This document shows, piece after piece, positions 12,774 through 25,289 of a stretch of DNA of 37,355 nt (the stretch's first letter is position 1; every line of letters begins with the position of its first letter). The stretch is from Octopus bimaculoides. Its lineage: Eukaryota. The notes beneath the pieces were generated by a model that was not told the DNA's origin, ran no database searches, and was given only the letters and a program-made list of their open reading frames with translations. Made by a program: the position numbers and the translations under genes. The stretch covers positions 24,726,948-24,764,302 of the forward strand of contig NC_068991.1 of assembly GCF_001194135.2 (NCBI RefSeq), in the 5' to 3' direction.

Positions 12774-12992
12774 CCCTTTAGTTTTCAGATTTTTCCGTCA
12801 GATGTAATACTTAATCATTCACATTGTTTTAAATTAATTATGTATTTTCTTGTAGCTTTGAGATATAGATGATGTGATTGTTCAATTTTAGAATGACATT
12901 GCAGGGTAGGTGTGGAAGCCAGATCTGGTTGGTTTGAGCATAAAACAAGAAGAATATTTGAACTGGATATGGCCGGTTTAAATGCTAAAGGG
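12774..12992 (+). mobile_element. piggyBac-type MITE, full length (219 bp)
   Basis: TTAA(12770-12773)|CCCTTTAG...ggtttaaatgctaaaggg|TTAG; colinear with the 1906 copy. Confidence 0.8.
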
Positions 12993-13044
12993 TTAGAGTA
13001 CCAAGTGCAAGAAATGATAAAAACCAATTTAATAAAGACACTAC

Positions 13045-13267
13045 TACATGGTTACTTGACATTGCTAGGAATAACAACCAACTCTCCTTCAAACTACCAT
13101 TACCTTACCTTCTTATGAAAGGACATTTTGTTGGACAATGTAAGGTACACTATTCAAAAAACAAAAAAAAACATGGTATGGTCATAACTAGAATGCTCTT
13201 TCATCATGAGTCTTTTGTTTGCTCAATCAGAGCCTAGCCTGGGCCTAAACAGCAACAACAACAACAA
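13045..13267 (+). mobile_element. Family D copy with (CAA)n tail
   Basis: gctaggaataacaaccaactctccttcaaa...atggtcataactagaatgc...gcctgggcctaaacagcaacaacaacaac. Confidence 0.65.
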
Positions 13268-13401
13268 AGAGGAGGAAAACTACTTTAAAGGGAAAAAAAA
13301 GAAAGGAATAAAAGAATTTAAAATAACAGGCATTTTGTTATTTTAATATCCAGGTAAAAATATGTATGTCAAGACAGATAGAATATTAAGAAGAAACAGA
13401 A

Positions 13402-13585
13402 AATGATGATGATAATGATGAAGATGGCAGAGGTGGTAGTGGTGGTGGTGGTGGTGACAGCGATGATGACAGCAATGGTGATAATGATGATGATGCTGAT
13501 GATAACAGTGGTGGTGTTAATGATGATGATGATGATGATAACAGTGGTGGTGTTAATGATGATGATGATGATAACAATAATGATT
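13402..13585. repeat. Mosaic GAT/GGT trinucleotide tract with a 36/33-bp higher-order duplication at 13501-13575
   Basis: gataacagtggtggtgttaat(gat)5 followed by gataacagtggtggtgttaat(gat)4 gataac. Confidence 0.85.
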
Positions 13586-14692
13586 TAAAAAAAAAGATAA
13601 AAGAATAAATGGTTAGGCTCTTTCAAATCTCACAAATAAAATTTTACAAAAAATTCTTTTTTTTTTTTAAAACAAAAAAGCAAGGCACCTAACAGAAGCA
13701 GAAGAGAGAGAATGTGGATGTCTTATAATGACATAACACTAGATGATTCAGAAAGGAAAAGAAAAAGAGGAAAAAAAGAAAAGAAAAGCAAAATCTACAT
13801 GTATAGGAAAATAACAAGAAATGTACAGAGATGTAGAGAAAATTGCCTGATTNNNNNNNNNNNNNNNNNNNNNNNNNNNNNNNNNNNNNNNNNNNNNNNN
13901 NNNNNNNNNNNNNNNNNNNNNNNNNNNNNNNNNNNNNNNNNNNNNNNNNNNNNNNNNNNNNNNNNNNNNNNNNNNNNNNNNNNNNNNNNNNNNNNNNNNN
14001 NNNNNNNNNNNNNNNNNNNNNNNNNNNNNNNNNNNNNNNNNNNNNNNNNNNNNNNNNNNNNNNNNNNNNNNNNNNGGGGGGGGGAAACATTTATAAATAA
14101 CAACAAATGTGGTGAAATGGAAAGGAAATTATAGGAAGGAAAATACTGGCATCTTTAATAAAGAAGGAGAAAGAGGACAAGGAGGAGGGGGGAAAAGAAA
14201 GAAGAGGACAGGGAAGGAGGAGGAATGGAGGGAATGAGAAAGAGGAGGTGGTGGTGGTGGTGGAGGAGGAGGACGCCGCCAACCATGACGAGCATGACGA
14301 CAATGATGAACACCAGCAGAAATAATATTGATAATGAGATGATAATGAGAACTAAAATGACCACAACTATTTTTTTCCCTCTCCCACATAAATATTTTCA
14401 AAGCATGCCCCCCTGCAAAGTTCTAAGATGCGGATATATAAAAAGAAAAACATTAAGCTAGAGAAACCAAATAAAAAGACTAGATTGTCGGCATAGATCA
14501 CATTCAGTAATAAACTGTGGTTCTCCAAAATGTGTATGGTATAATATTCATTTACAAGATTTGTTCATAGGACATTGAACATCCACAGGCTGCTCTTGCC
14601 AATTAGCTATCTACAGTAAGGCTCGCTTTTCAACTGGTGGTTAACCATTTATATATACATGCATAAACATACGGGTGTGTGTAAGTATTTCT

Positions 14693-14848
14693 GTGAAAGA
14701 GACCAATAGAATAAGTACCAGACTTTAAAACATTTTCGAACTGGGGTCAATTTGTTTGACTAAAACCCTTCAATGCAGTACCACAGCATGGCCACAGTCC
14801 AATAAGTGAATCAAGTAAAACGTAAATGGTAAAAAGATTATATATATA
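14693..14848 (+). mobile_element. SINE family A, 3' body fragment
   Basis: aaagagaccaatagaataagtacc...ggggtcaatttgtttgactaaaacccttcaa...cagcatggccacagtc...caagtaaaa. Confidence 0.7.
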
Positions 14849-14906
14849 TATATAAGGACAAGAAGGAAGGGATGAGAAAGAGGTGACGGGGAGGGGGAGG
14901 AGGAGT

Positions 14907-15249
14907 GCCACCTTGAAGGGTTTTAGTCAAAGAAATTAACACCAGGACTTATTCTTTGTAAGCCTAGTCCTTATTCTATTAGTCTCTTTTGCTAAGTTGG
15001 GGGACATAAACACACCAGCATCGGTTGTCAAGTGATGGCAGGGGGACAAACACAGACACACACACACAAATATATATATAAACACACGATGGGCTTCTTT
15101 CAGTTTCCATCAACCAAATTCACTCACAAGGCTTTGGTCAGCCCAAGGCTATAGTAGAAGACACTTGCCCATGGGGCCACACAGTGGAACTGAGCTAAGA
15201 ACCATGTGGTTGGGAAGCAAGCTTCTTACCACGCAGCCACACCTGCACC
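14907..15249 (-). mobile_element. SINE family A, near full length
   Basis: Reverse complement of head, core, microsatellite and body; ends ...cagccacacctgcacc. Confidence 0.85.
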
Positions 15250-15289
<40 letters not shown>

Positions 15290-16346
15290 CACACACACAC
15301 ATATACACATGTGTATGTAAATATATTATACTTAAGGAAACTCTGGTAAGGCAAATAATCTTAGATGCAACTCAAATAAAAATTGAACAACTGTGGCTCA
15401 ATGAACCAACAAGAAAGCCTATGTGTAGTAGCCAAGAAAATACCAAGAAAATTTCTCTCAAATCATCTCATATAAGAAGAGGACACATTAAAATATAGTC
15501 CTACATACTCCACATGGGTTGTTGGTGAATGCGTTAGGATAGATGAATGAAGGAATGAATGGATGAATAAATGGATGGATGGATAGATAGATGGAGTATA
15601 CATATATGAAGTAGATAATGTCCATAATAGAATATATAGAAAATTTTTGTCATGGTGAAAAATTTCAGCTAATGTAATCATCATCAGAGGAAATATGGAA
15701 ACTGAATGAATAGCTTTTGGCGATTTCAGATTTTGACATCAGAAACACGAGTAAAACAACTGAAACAGCAATGACATGAAAGATAGCTGCAATAATTACA
15801 GCAACAAAAACAACTGCAATACGCTTAAACATCAACAACAGTCACAGCATCAAGAAGAACATGAGAAAACATGACAGCCAGAGGCGGAACAATAACTATT
15901 TCAAACTACAACCACCACACACAGCAGCAGCAGTAGTAGTAGTAGTAGTAGCGGCAGCAGCAGCAGCAGTCATAGTAATGGTGGTGGTGGTAGCAGCATC
16001 AACATCTACAGTAAGATTAACAACACATCCAACACAAAGAGAAGAAAAACAAGACAAAGAAACATGAAGCTGCACCAAATAATGATAATAAACACAACAA
16101 TGGTAAAAATAAAACCAACTCCAGCTTCTACAAACGCCACCACTTCTAGCAACAACAAACAAACCAAAAAAGACAAACCACGTCGATGACTATTACACAA
16201 ATTACATCACTATAATTGGAAACAAGATTGTTGCTAAATTGATTTCTGCCAGTAGCAAAGTGTTCTGTCTCTCACTTATAATTCTCTTTATATATCTATG
16301 TATACATACACACACACACACACACATACATACATACATACATACA

Positions 16347-16377
<31 letters not shown>

Positions 16378-16543
16378 GCTTCTTGGATGCAAAAATGGGA
16401 GGAAGGGTACTCAGTACATGTGGCTGAGTTTATTCATATATATAGAGAGAGAGAGAAAGAGGGAGATAATGATATTACACACACATATACATACATACAT
16501 ATATATATATATTACACAGGCACATACACATGTATATATATAA

Positions 16544-16586
<43 letters not shown>

Positions 16587-17031
16587 CAAGCCTATATAAT
16601 ACTTATTTTATATATGTATATCTGTATGTGCTTATGCACGCACACATACACACACGCACACATACACACATGCACACACACACACATATGCATATACAAT
16701 GATATACACGTATCAAATCAGGCCTATATAATATTGTGATAAAATGAGAGGAACACAAATAAATTGCAATTAAATATTTCTTTGCGTGTTGCATGTCCTT
16801 TCTGTGCACAATTGAATAAAATGCTTTTACTATACAATATACCAGCTTCTTTTCCTCGATGTTGCAAGTAAAGTAGTGAGCAAAATAAGTTTGTAGTTGT
16901 GATTGTTGTATGAAAGAAGCAAGTTGTGCCATTTTAATTATAGAACTATCATGCTCCAAGTTGTAAACTGAACACCAAATATATTAATTCATGGGTCTGT
17001 GTCATAGCACTAGCATTACTTTTAACCCTGA

Positions 17032-17234
17032 GGGTGCTGAGCCGACAGAATTAGAGTTAGGAAAACGCCTTGAGACATTTGTTCTGCTTCTTTATATTCA
17101 GAATTCAAATTCTACTGAGGTCAATTTTGCTTTTCATCCTTTCAGGGTTGATAAAATAAAGTAGCTGAAGCTCAATGGGATTGACAAGTGACTTCCTTTC
17201 AAAATTGCTGGCCTTGTGCCTAAATCAGAAACTG
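17032..17234 (+). mobile_element. SINE family B, diverged copy
   Basis: gaattcaaattctactgaggtcaattttgcttttcatcctttcagggttgataaaataaagta...aaaattgctggccttgtgcc. Confidence 0.75.
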
Positions 17235-17274
17235 TTTATTTGGAGCCCTGAATAACATACTAAACAGGTTTCTC

Positions 17275-17490
17275 ATTTCACTTGCCCCAACTCAGCCCTG
17301 ATTAAACAAACCTATGATGAACAATATCGTAGCTATACTCATCCCATTTTCATCTTTTCCAGAAAATAGCTTATCTCAAATTATACAATCCCAATTTATC
17401 CTTCCCTTATTTCTCTAAGACAGTTGGGTGTAATTTAAAAGATTTAGCAGCTATTTCTAGCAGAGTGAGCTACCATGTAGAGACTCCCCT
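17275..17490 (-). mobile_element. Family D copy
   Basis: gccccaactcagccctgatt...gatttagcagctatttctagcagagtgagctaccatgtagag. Confidence 0.55.
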
Positions 17491-17743
17491 ACTGACTTAA
17501 CATGCATGGCAATAGAGCAGATATGCAGTCACTGATGAAGGGGTGACTGCTGCTTAGACATGATGGTGATAGTAGGATACCACTTGTTTACAGAATGAAA
17601 CAAACAAAAAAATCAGTATCTTTATCAAATAAATGTGGTTCTTGAAGGGGTCCATATAAGACTTTATTGTTAAAATTTATGTGCAATAAACTGAGTATAT
17701 TTCTACAATACGCAAAATATTTAAACCTTTTTTTCATACAATA

Positions 17744-17909
17744 GGCACAGGCATGGCTGTGTGGTAAGAAGCTTGCTTCTCAACCATACGGTTCCAGGTT
17801 CAGTCCCACTGCATGGCACTTTGGGCAATTGTCTTCTACTATAGCCTCAGGTCAACCATAGCCTTATGAGTGGATTTGGTAGACAGAAAATGAAAAAAGC
17901 CCATCGTGT
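17744..17909 (+). mobile_element. SINE family A, head and core only
   Basis: ggcacaggcatggctgtgtggtaagaagcttgc...aaagcccatcgtgt, ending where the internal microsatellite normally begins. Confidence 0.85.
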
Positions 17910-18126
17910 CATCATCATCATCATCCTCATCATCATCGTCATTTAACGTCCACTTTCCATGCTGGCATGGGTTGGACGGTTTGACTGAGGACTGGCAAGC
18001 CAGGAGGCTGCACCAGGCTCCAATCTGATCTGGCAAAGTTTCTACAGCTGGATGCCCTTCCTAACACCAACCACTCTGAGAGTGTAGTGGATGCTTTTAC
18101 GTGCCATCGGCACGAGGGCCAGTTTT
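17910..18126 (-). mobile_element. Retroposon family C copy
   Basis: (CAT)n then ttaacgtccactttccatgctggcatgggttggacg...gctggatgcccttcctaac...cttttacgtgccatcggcacg. Confidence 0.85.
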
Positions 18127-18129
18127 GAA

Positions 18130-18560
18130 TCACTCCAACTGCCAAGGGCACCACAGGGAGATGCCCCTCTCCCATCTGTTCTCTCCCTCTTACAGGCACA
18201 ATCTTAGAGTAGGCCCACTCGCTCTGGCCATCCTTGCCACATTCACCCACCTTTCAACAAATTTACTGCAAGTGGGAGCAGCACCTCCTTCTTGGCCCTC
18301 ATCTTCCTTTTTAAATGAGCTGAAAAGGAAAGTGCTTGTCTTCAGTTCTTTCAGTCTCATCCACCACACAAATTCTTTTGCCATAGCCACCAAACAAAGG
18401 AAAACTGCCTGCCCTTCCTGGCCCCAAAAGTAGTGGGGAGAACAGCTGGGTAGTTTTCATGATAGACTCAGTCAATAGTCAGATCTGTCCTTCATGTGAC
18501 AGCAGCCTTCCAACATAACTCCACAAGTAAGGCATTGTATGAATTCGTGCAGGACAATTT
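18130..18560 (-). mobile_element. Probable L1/Tx1-type LINE ORF2 C-terminal fragment plus short 3' UTR
   Basis: GC-richer island. Frames read EIVLHEFIQC (second half of a CCHC-like knuckle), then QAVFLCLVAMAKEFVWWMRLKELKT...HLKRKMR...FVERWVNVARMARASG*, broken by frameshifts. Family assigned from memory only. Confidence 0.5.
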
Positions 18561-18656
18561 CATTGTCTAATTTAGGCACAAGAGGGGGAGTTAGTCAAAA
18601 CCAGTAATTCTAATACTTGACAGGTACTTTATTATATCAACCTCCACAAAATTTAA

Positions 18657-18740
18657 CCCTTTAACATTTAAACTAGCTGTATCCGACCAAAACATTCTAC
18701 CTGGTTTATGGTCAGAACAGCCAGATCAGGCCTTTCATAC
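18657..18740 (-). mobile_element. piggyBac-type MITE, one-ended fragment in reverse orientation
   Basis: TTAA|CCCTTTAACATTTAAAC...aacattctacctggtttatg is the reverse complement of the right end of the other copies. Confidence 0.65.
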
Positions 18741-18880
18741 TAGTGATCAACTGGTGCTCATTTTATCAATCCCAAGAGGATGAAAGATAAAGTCAACTTC
18801 AGCAGAATTTGAACTCAGAACATAAAGACATGAAATGCCACTAAGCATTTTGCTCGGCATGCTAACAACTCTACCAGCTT
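18741..18880 (-). mobile_element. SINE family B, head-side fragment (a tail-side fragment lies at ~18565-18650)
   Basis: ggatgaaagataaagtcaacttcagcagaatttgaactcagaac...taagcattttgctcggcatgctaacaactctaccagc. Confidence 0.75.
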
Positions 18881-19729
18881 TGCAATGTTTTCAATAATAA
18901 TAATAATAATAAGTAATGGTGGCAGTGGTGCTGGTGGTGGTAGTGGTTCTGGTAGTGATAGTAGTAGTAGTAGTAGTAGTAGTTAAACTGAATGGTTATA
19001 GATACATTTTTATGGGTTATATGAAGATTCATTTGAACACAAACCATGTGTCTCACTCACATCACAGCGATGACACAAATTCCAACAGTACATCTTGACC
19101 CAATCAATATAACGAAATGTCTGATGTAGGAGAAATGTTATAGAATACTTCTTGGAAAATTACATTAAAAGTGATGGCAGTAGTAGAGATTGTGATAATG
19201 GTGGTGGTGGTGGTGGTGGTGGTGGTGACGATAGTGTTGGTGGTAGCTGTGAGCTGGTTGGCAGCTGGTAATAATGGTTATAGTAGATAGTGGAATACAT
19301 ATGTGCTCCTCCATGCATGAACGAGCAAGTGTATGTTTGTATGCGTATGTGTGATTGTGTGCAGCATGTGGATGCGTATCGGTGTGCTCAAAGAATTGGA
19401 AACAATAAAAAGGAATAGTCAAAGAAGAACCGACAGACTTGGTAATATACGAATAATAAATGCTACAAATATAATTGATGCTGTAGAACCTCGCATAAAA
19501 CAGCAGTATAAACAGAGAGGGAGGAAAGAGTGGGAGGAGTGATAAAAAGACAAAAAAGAAGAGGGAAGGAGAGAGAGAATGAAAGGATGAAATGAGAAGA
19601 ATATGGTTTAATATAAATGTAGACATTATAATAAAGCTGCTGCAGTTATGCGTGTCATTAAATATACAAGTGGTTCATTACAAGTATCTAATGCATGAAC
19701 ATCCCCATCATACATAATATTTTTTATAT

Positions 19730-20126
19730 TTTATATTGTTTCAGTCATTCGACTGCAGCCATGCTGGGGCACTACCTTGAAGTGTTTTAGCCAAACAAAT
19801 TGACTCCTGGACCTTTTTTTTTTTTTAAGCTTAGTGCCAATTCTATTGGTCTCTTTTGCTGAACTGCCAAGTTACAGGGATGTAAACACACCAACACCAG
19901 TTGTTAAGTGGTGGTGGGGCACAAACACAAAATTACACACACACACACACANNNNNNNNNNNNNNNNNNNNNNNNNNNNNNNNNNTATATATATGATCAA
20001 CTTCTTTCAGTTTCCATCTTCCAAATCCACTCACAGGGCTTTGGTCAGATCAAAGCTATGGTAGAAGACACTTGTTGAACTTGGAACTACGTGGTTGAGA
20101 AGCAAACTTCTTACCACACAGCCATG
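19730..20126 (-). mobile_element. SINE family A, near full length (N gap in the internal microsatellite)
   Basis: Reverse complement of the family A body, then (CA)n, gap, (TA)n, then core and head. Confidence 0.8.
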
Positions 20127-20197
20127 TGTGTATATATGAAATGTGTGTGTGTTTGTGTGTATGTGTGTGTAATATATATATAATTTTTTTTTTATTT

Positions 20198-20540
20198 CTT
20201 TGTTTCAGTCATCAGACTGGGGTATTGCATTGAAAAGTTTCTTGTCAAACTGACCCCAGTTTATTTTTTAGTTTGATATTTATTTTATTGATCGCTTTTG
20301 CCAAACTGCTAAGTTACAGTGACACAAACACACTGACACTATTTGTCAAGCGGTAGTGGACCAAGATACAAACATAAATACATATGAGAGGCTTCTTTCA
20401 GTTTCCATCTACCAAATCCACTCACAAGGCTTTGGTCGGGCTGAGACTATGGTAGACTTGAGGCTTGCCCAAGGTGCCACTCAGTGGAACTGAACCCAGA
20501 AACCTGTCATTGAGAAACTAGCTTCTTATCACACAGCCTA
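20198..20540 (-). mobile_element. SINE family A, diverged copy in tandem with the previous one
   Basis: tgtttcagtcat...cttttgccaaactgctaagttac...ggcttctttcagtttccatctaccaaatccactcacaaggctttggtc...acacagcc. Confidence 0.8.
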
Positions 20541-21054
20541 TACATATATGAGTTGTTAATAAGATTATAATTTTCTAGATTTAATATCATTAGAGAGAAT
20601 AACATCAATATTTACACCTATTAAGGATTATAATGATTTTATCCATAATGCCTAGTGGAAAAGAAAATTCTTATTACTCTTAGTTTAAAATATTTCTTGG
20701 TTTGAATCTACCTTCACAAAACTAAATTTCAACAAGTGTTTTATTAGGAATTCTGCCAGTTTGATGATGATTGAGTATCAAAATCAAAATGTAATGAAGA
20801 TGTGAAATTTCCTTTTTTTTTTTTTTTTTTTGTACTATCTCAAAAACTGAGCTTAGGAAAATTATAAATTATAATTTTAAGTAGTTAAAAAGTATATCTA
20901 ATTCAATCTGTGCAGTATATTTTGTTTTGTTTTATAACTAAATTCGTGTACAGCCATTACAAGTGGAGTATACTGCTTTTCTTACTTACTAAGTGAAAAA
21001 GAAAGAAAATGGTTGGTTAGATTTTCCTCCACACAGAGTTACTGTCTTAAGTAG

Positions 21055-21198
21055 AGCAAGTGTTTGAATCCCACCGATGCCAAATTTGCTTTTGATCCTT
21101 CAGGGATCAATAAAATAAAATACCACCCAAATACTGAGATCAATATGAATGACTGCACCCTTCCCACAAGGTCTGTGGCTTTGTACCCACATTAGAGA
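21055..21198 (+). mobile_element. SINE family B, old partial copy
   Basis: gtttgaatcccaccgatgccaaatttgcttttgatccttcagggatcaataaaataaaatacca. Confidence 0.55.
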
Positions 21199-21279
21199 AA
21201 TCAATATACTTGCGAGTAAATGAATAAACATAGGAATGACTATAACTCATGAAAGATAAACCTGCATGAGTCATATGGC

Positions 21280-21495
21280 GTAAGTAGTAGGTGGTACATT
21301 GTGTTCTTGAGCAAAACACTTCATCACGTGCTGCACTGCAATCACTTCAACATCTGATGTCTGGCATACAATGCACCTGTGCAGGCAATGTTGATTTGAT
21401 TGAGAGAGAGTGAGGTTATGTGCAGTACAAACATTTGATCACTATATACAAATCATCTGTGCAGGTTGTTTAGCAAGAAATTGCAGACCCATCTT
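21280..21495 (+). mobile_element. Probable further SINE (family E), single copy in the window
   Basis: CORE-like tgtgttcttgagcaaaacacttc followed by a GC-richer body. No second copy here, so support is weak. Confidence 0.4.
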
Positions 21496-21522
21496 TCTCA
21501 GCCTTAAGAGATTACCATTAAT

Positions 21523-21743
21523 AATCTTTTCTACTAACGGCACAAGGCCTGAAATTTTGAGGAAGGGGACTAGTCGATTACATCAACCCCATTGTTTCAC
21601 TGGTACCTAATTTATTGAACCTGAAAAAATGAAAGACAAAGTTGGTCTCAACAGAAATTGAACTCAGAACATAAAGACAGACAAAAATACCAATAAGCAT
21701 TTTGCCAGGTGTGCTAATGATTCCGTCAGCTCCACCACCTTCA
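21523..21743 (-). mobile_element. SINE family B, complete, with 14-bp TSD AGATTACCATTAAT
   Basis: TSD at 21509-21522 and 21744-21757; head, B box and tail match the 8794 copy. Confidence 0.85.
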
Positions 21744-22984
21744 AGATTACCATTAATGATAGCAAAAAAGTGTAACTAGATATTGATTTTTGTTACTGGC
21801 CAAATCCAATCAGATGAACCCATGATCAAAAGCATTCTAACCATCACAAGAACATCTTGTTTTGTTTTTTTTATTACAGTATATAACATTTTAATATAGC
21901 ATACTTTCAGATTTTCAAAATGAACAAGCACTTTAATTATTTCTTTTTTTTAATTATGAATCATGAATAAAGGACAAAAATTTTGATTTTCAATTCTGTA
22001 TTCATGCATTTATAAGGTCTTTACTCACTCCATCAGCTTTTACATCTAACTGCTACATCATCCAGCTACTTGTTTCATAACTAAATTAAACTGTTCTAAT
22101 ACTTCTTTTACCATTCCTGGGATCTGATCTATGTGTGATTCAAACTAAAAATTGATAGATTATGAACCAATTTCACTCTTAGCACCAAAAGAAACATCCT
22201 ATAATTAATTAGAGGGAAGAAAGTAAAAGAAAAACAGAAAGAAATACCATTCAAGATTATTCAAAATTCAAAGGAAATTTAAAGAATATTCTTTGTGTTT
22301 TGAACTGAACAGTTAGTGTGAGCGATCTTTATGATGATACTTAAGGCAAGTGTCTAAGGAAATTCAACTGACACATGTTTAGTTTTTAAATCAACTTAAA
22401 ACAAGCTACACATAAAGGCAGTTGGGGTATTTGAAAATTACTTGTTCTAAGACGTGTATGTGTTTGTGTGTGTGTGTGTACGCGCGTGTGTGCGTGCATG
22501 CGTGTGTGTGTGTAGAATTTGAAAAGAAAAAAGTCACAAACAAGAAACGAAAATATCAATGACAAGACACAAAAATATTGAGGAAATGAGAAGGGCTGAA
22601 AAGAATCCTTAATTAAATCCTCAAAGATAAAAAACAAAGAATAGTTTAATGAAATGTTCATTGAAAATTGAACTAAAACTGTCAAGAAGCACTATTTTGT
22701 TTGCTGTGTTTTTTCCCTACTTTTCTTTCAGCAACATGTTTCGATATAAATGTCACTAACTGATTGTAACAGGTGTTATGCAAAAAGGAAAATAAAACAA
22801 GCATTGTTCCCTATTTCAACCTACGAAAAACATTATATTGTAAAACTACACTAAAACTATTATAAGTCATATAAAAGTACTGATCATACAATATGTTACA
22901 TATATGTTTTAGAATCAGTAGTGAAACTAATCACCGTATGTAAAATATATTACAACAGTTCACTTATAAGTCTAAAGAGCTAAA

Positions 22985-23985
22985 ACTATTTGGCAACCAT
23001 ATAAGGACTATCATTGGCTGCAGCAAAAAGTATTTTGAGGGATATATTCTACTCTCATATTATCAGAAAGCCCATTTATGTTCAATGGCTGACTTGGTGC
23101 ATTGTCTAAAATGAGCAATGCTTTGTTGGAAGTATTATGTGTAGCATCGTGCCTTTCTACAGCAGGTGATAAAATGTTTACAAACTACTTTTTGAAACAG
23201 CTCATACTTTCTTATTTAAATGCCAAATTAGAGGCAGTAAACATTGCATAACTCTTGAAAGTGATGCACAAATAAGGGCCTTAATTTCATATCACCAGCA
23301 GCATTTCCTCCTAAAAGAAGCATTTCAAGGCTTGAAATCCTATTATTGATTTTTCTTCTCAAGAAATAAATGTACTTGCAAGTATGAGTTTCTAGAAAAG
23401 TGCAGTTTCATCAACATTGTAACTCCTTTGAGCAATAATTTTGTTTTTTCTTTTCAGCTGCTCAGGATAATTAGTAGCAGCCTTTGTACCAGCACTGGCA
23501 GCTCAACCAGTTAGTTTTAAAATTCAAGCACATCTTAAATCTTTCAAATCAGCCTTTACTAGCTAGAAAAGGTCTTTCTGTTAAAAGTTTCACATTCCTT
23601 TCTCTGGAACCATTGAACAAACTTTTGGCTTTTTTTAATTACAATCCTGTTTATTGGCACAATAAGTTGAGTCAGATCTTTGATCCATTCACCTCAGAGC
23701 TATCCCATTTTAAGTGTCATATTAAATCTATGGGAAAATAAGGTCCAAACAGTCAATGGAGTAACTTCTTGAGTACTTGACTTAATTTTCTCCCTACTGT
23801 CACATAATGTTCCCAAAATGGACACTGCAAGTTTTAATACTTTTGCAATGTAAGTGGGGTTTTTTTTCTCCTGCATCAAGCCTTTTTAAAACAACAAGTT
23901 TGATATTCACAGTAATCTTTTTTATAGTTCCTTTTACACTATAAACTTCATTTCCGCTTGAGGGTTTCTTTCTAGATGCCTTGAA
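22985..23985 (-). pseudogene. Decayed Tigger/pogo (Tc1-mariner superfamily) transposase
   Basis: Manual translation with stops and frameshifts: KKITVNIKLVVLKRLDAGEK (HTH_psq-like), FLASKG*FERFK (CENP-B HTH), YNVDETALF*K (first D, ~23404-23418), LLGGNAAGDMKLRPL, KALLILDNAPSQP (second D, ~23095-23112), LQPM (third-D region, frameshifted). Confidence 0.85.
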
Positions 23986-24309
23986 CTGTAAGTAGATCTG
24001 GATATTGATGTTTGAACAATTTACGTGGAGAATAATTTTACAGTAAATTTATCTGTAACTTATTTGTAGCAAGATTTTGTTAAACAGAATGAAATCTGTA
24101 CTAAACTGAACTAAGCTTACATAAGTTTAGTTCAATCATTAGATTGTAGTCATACCATACCAAAGAATTTTGCTCGGTTGACCTCTATACTTAAGTCAGT
24201 CTAGTACACATTTTCTATTCATACAGAGTTTTTATTTTTCAAAAGTTTTACCTTTCTGAAGTAAAAGGATAGAACTCAACTACATGTCTATGTCTGTGCC
24301 TATCAAGTA

Positions 24310-24512
24310 AGCACCTACATGGTTGGCCAACTTGCGAGAAATCGCAGTCAAGTCTCTCTCAAGCCATACACCACCATCTTAGACAAAAAAGACACACTGG
24401 ATAATGTGTTACTGATATACTGTATCTTGAAATAAGATAGAATTATCAACTGTAAGATCTTTAACTACTGGTTTGTCTGTACAGTCAGGGCTGATCTAGA
24501 GCTAAACAGCAC
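24310..24512 (+). mobile_element. Family D copy
   Basis: ctacatggttggccaacttgcgagaaatcgcagtcaagtctctctcaag...ctggataatgtg...cagggctgatctagagctaaacagc. Confidence 0.6.
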
Positions 24513-25025
24513 AGTGGCCATCGTAGGAGGAAATTAGCCATTATAAATTGAATAAATTGCTTTCAAGAAAGAACATTACTTTAGAACTTAAGAAATTTTC
24601 TTGTCACAAAGAAATCACTTTAAAACGAGGAGGCATGAAATGAACTTTATGATAATTATTTTTATTGGCAAATTTTCAGTCTATTGTAGTATCTAACTTA
24701 TTTTTATGTCAGAGGATTTTATTAATGTATGTGTGAATCTGAAGCAAAGAATTGTTCTTTCTCAACCATGAATAACATGAAATATAAAGAACAGTGTCAA
24801 ATATAGAATGTATGTGTGTATGCATGTGCACGCTTGTGTAACTTACTGTCAAAAGTAAATATATTCAAGATATAAAAAAAAACATATACACATAGATTTT
24901 CACACAAATATGTATTTATATACATCTACTACAGTATATACATGTGTTTGTGTGTGAATGTTAGTGTATGGCGATAACTTTTCCTAAACTATTGTGCATT
25001 TATTTTTACATTATTTGTTTAACTC

Positions 25026-25072
<47 letters not shown>

Positions 25073-25289
25073 GTGCACAGGTAATTATAATGTATCTATA
25101 ATCAAATTAACACTATAAACATCTAAAAATATCAACCATTACAATTTAAATTGGATTTTTCAAAGGATATAATTTTACAAATTTTCTTGTCCACAGTAAA
25201 TTATTTTAAACTGTGTACATGCACACACACACTTATTTAAATATAACCAAGAGCTATTCAGCTTTAAGCATCATATTAGATCTATGAAA

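Noticed and set aside
17525-17550. 8-bp hairpin gcagtcac/gtgactgc around CTGATGA (hammerhead or C-box-like)
   Set aside because: Several 8-bp stems are expected by chance in 37 kb; there is no downstream GAAA/stem architecture and no D box.
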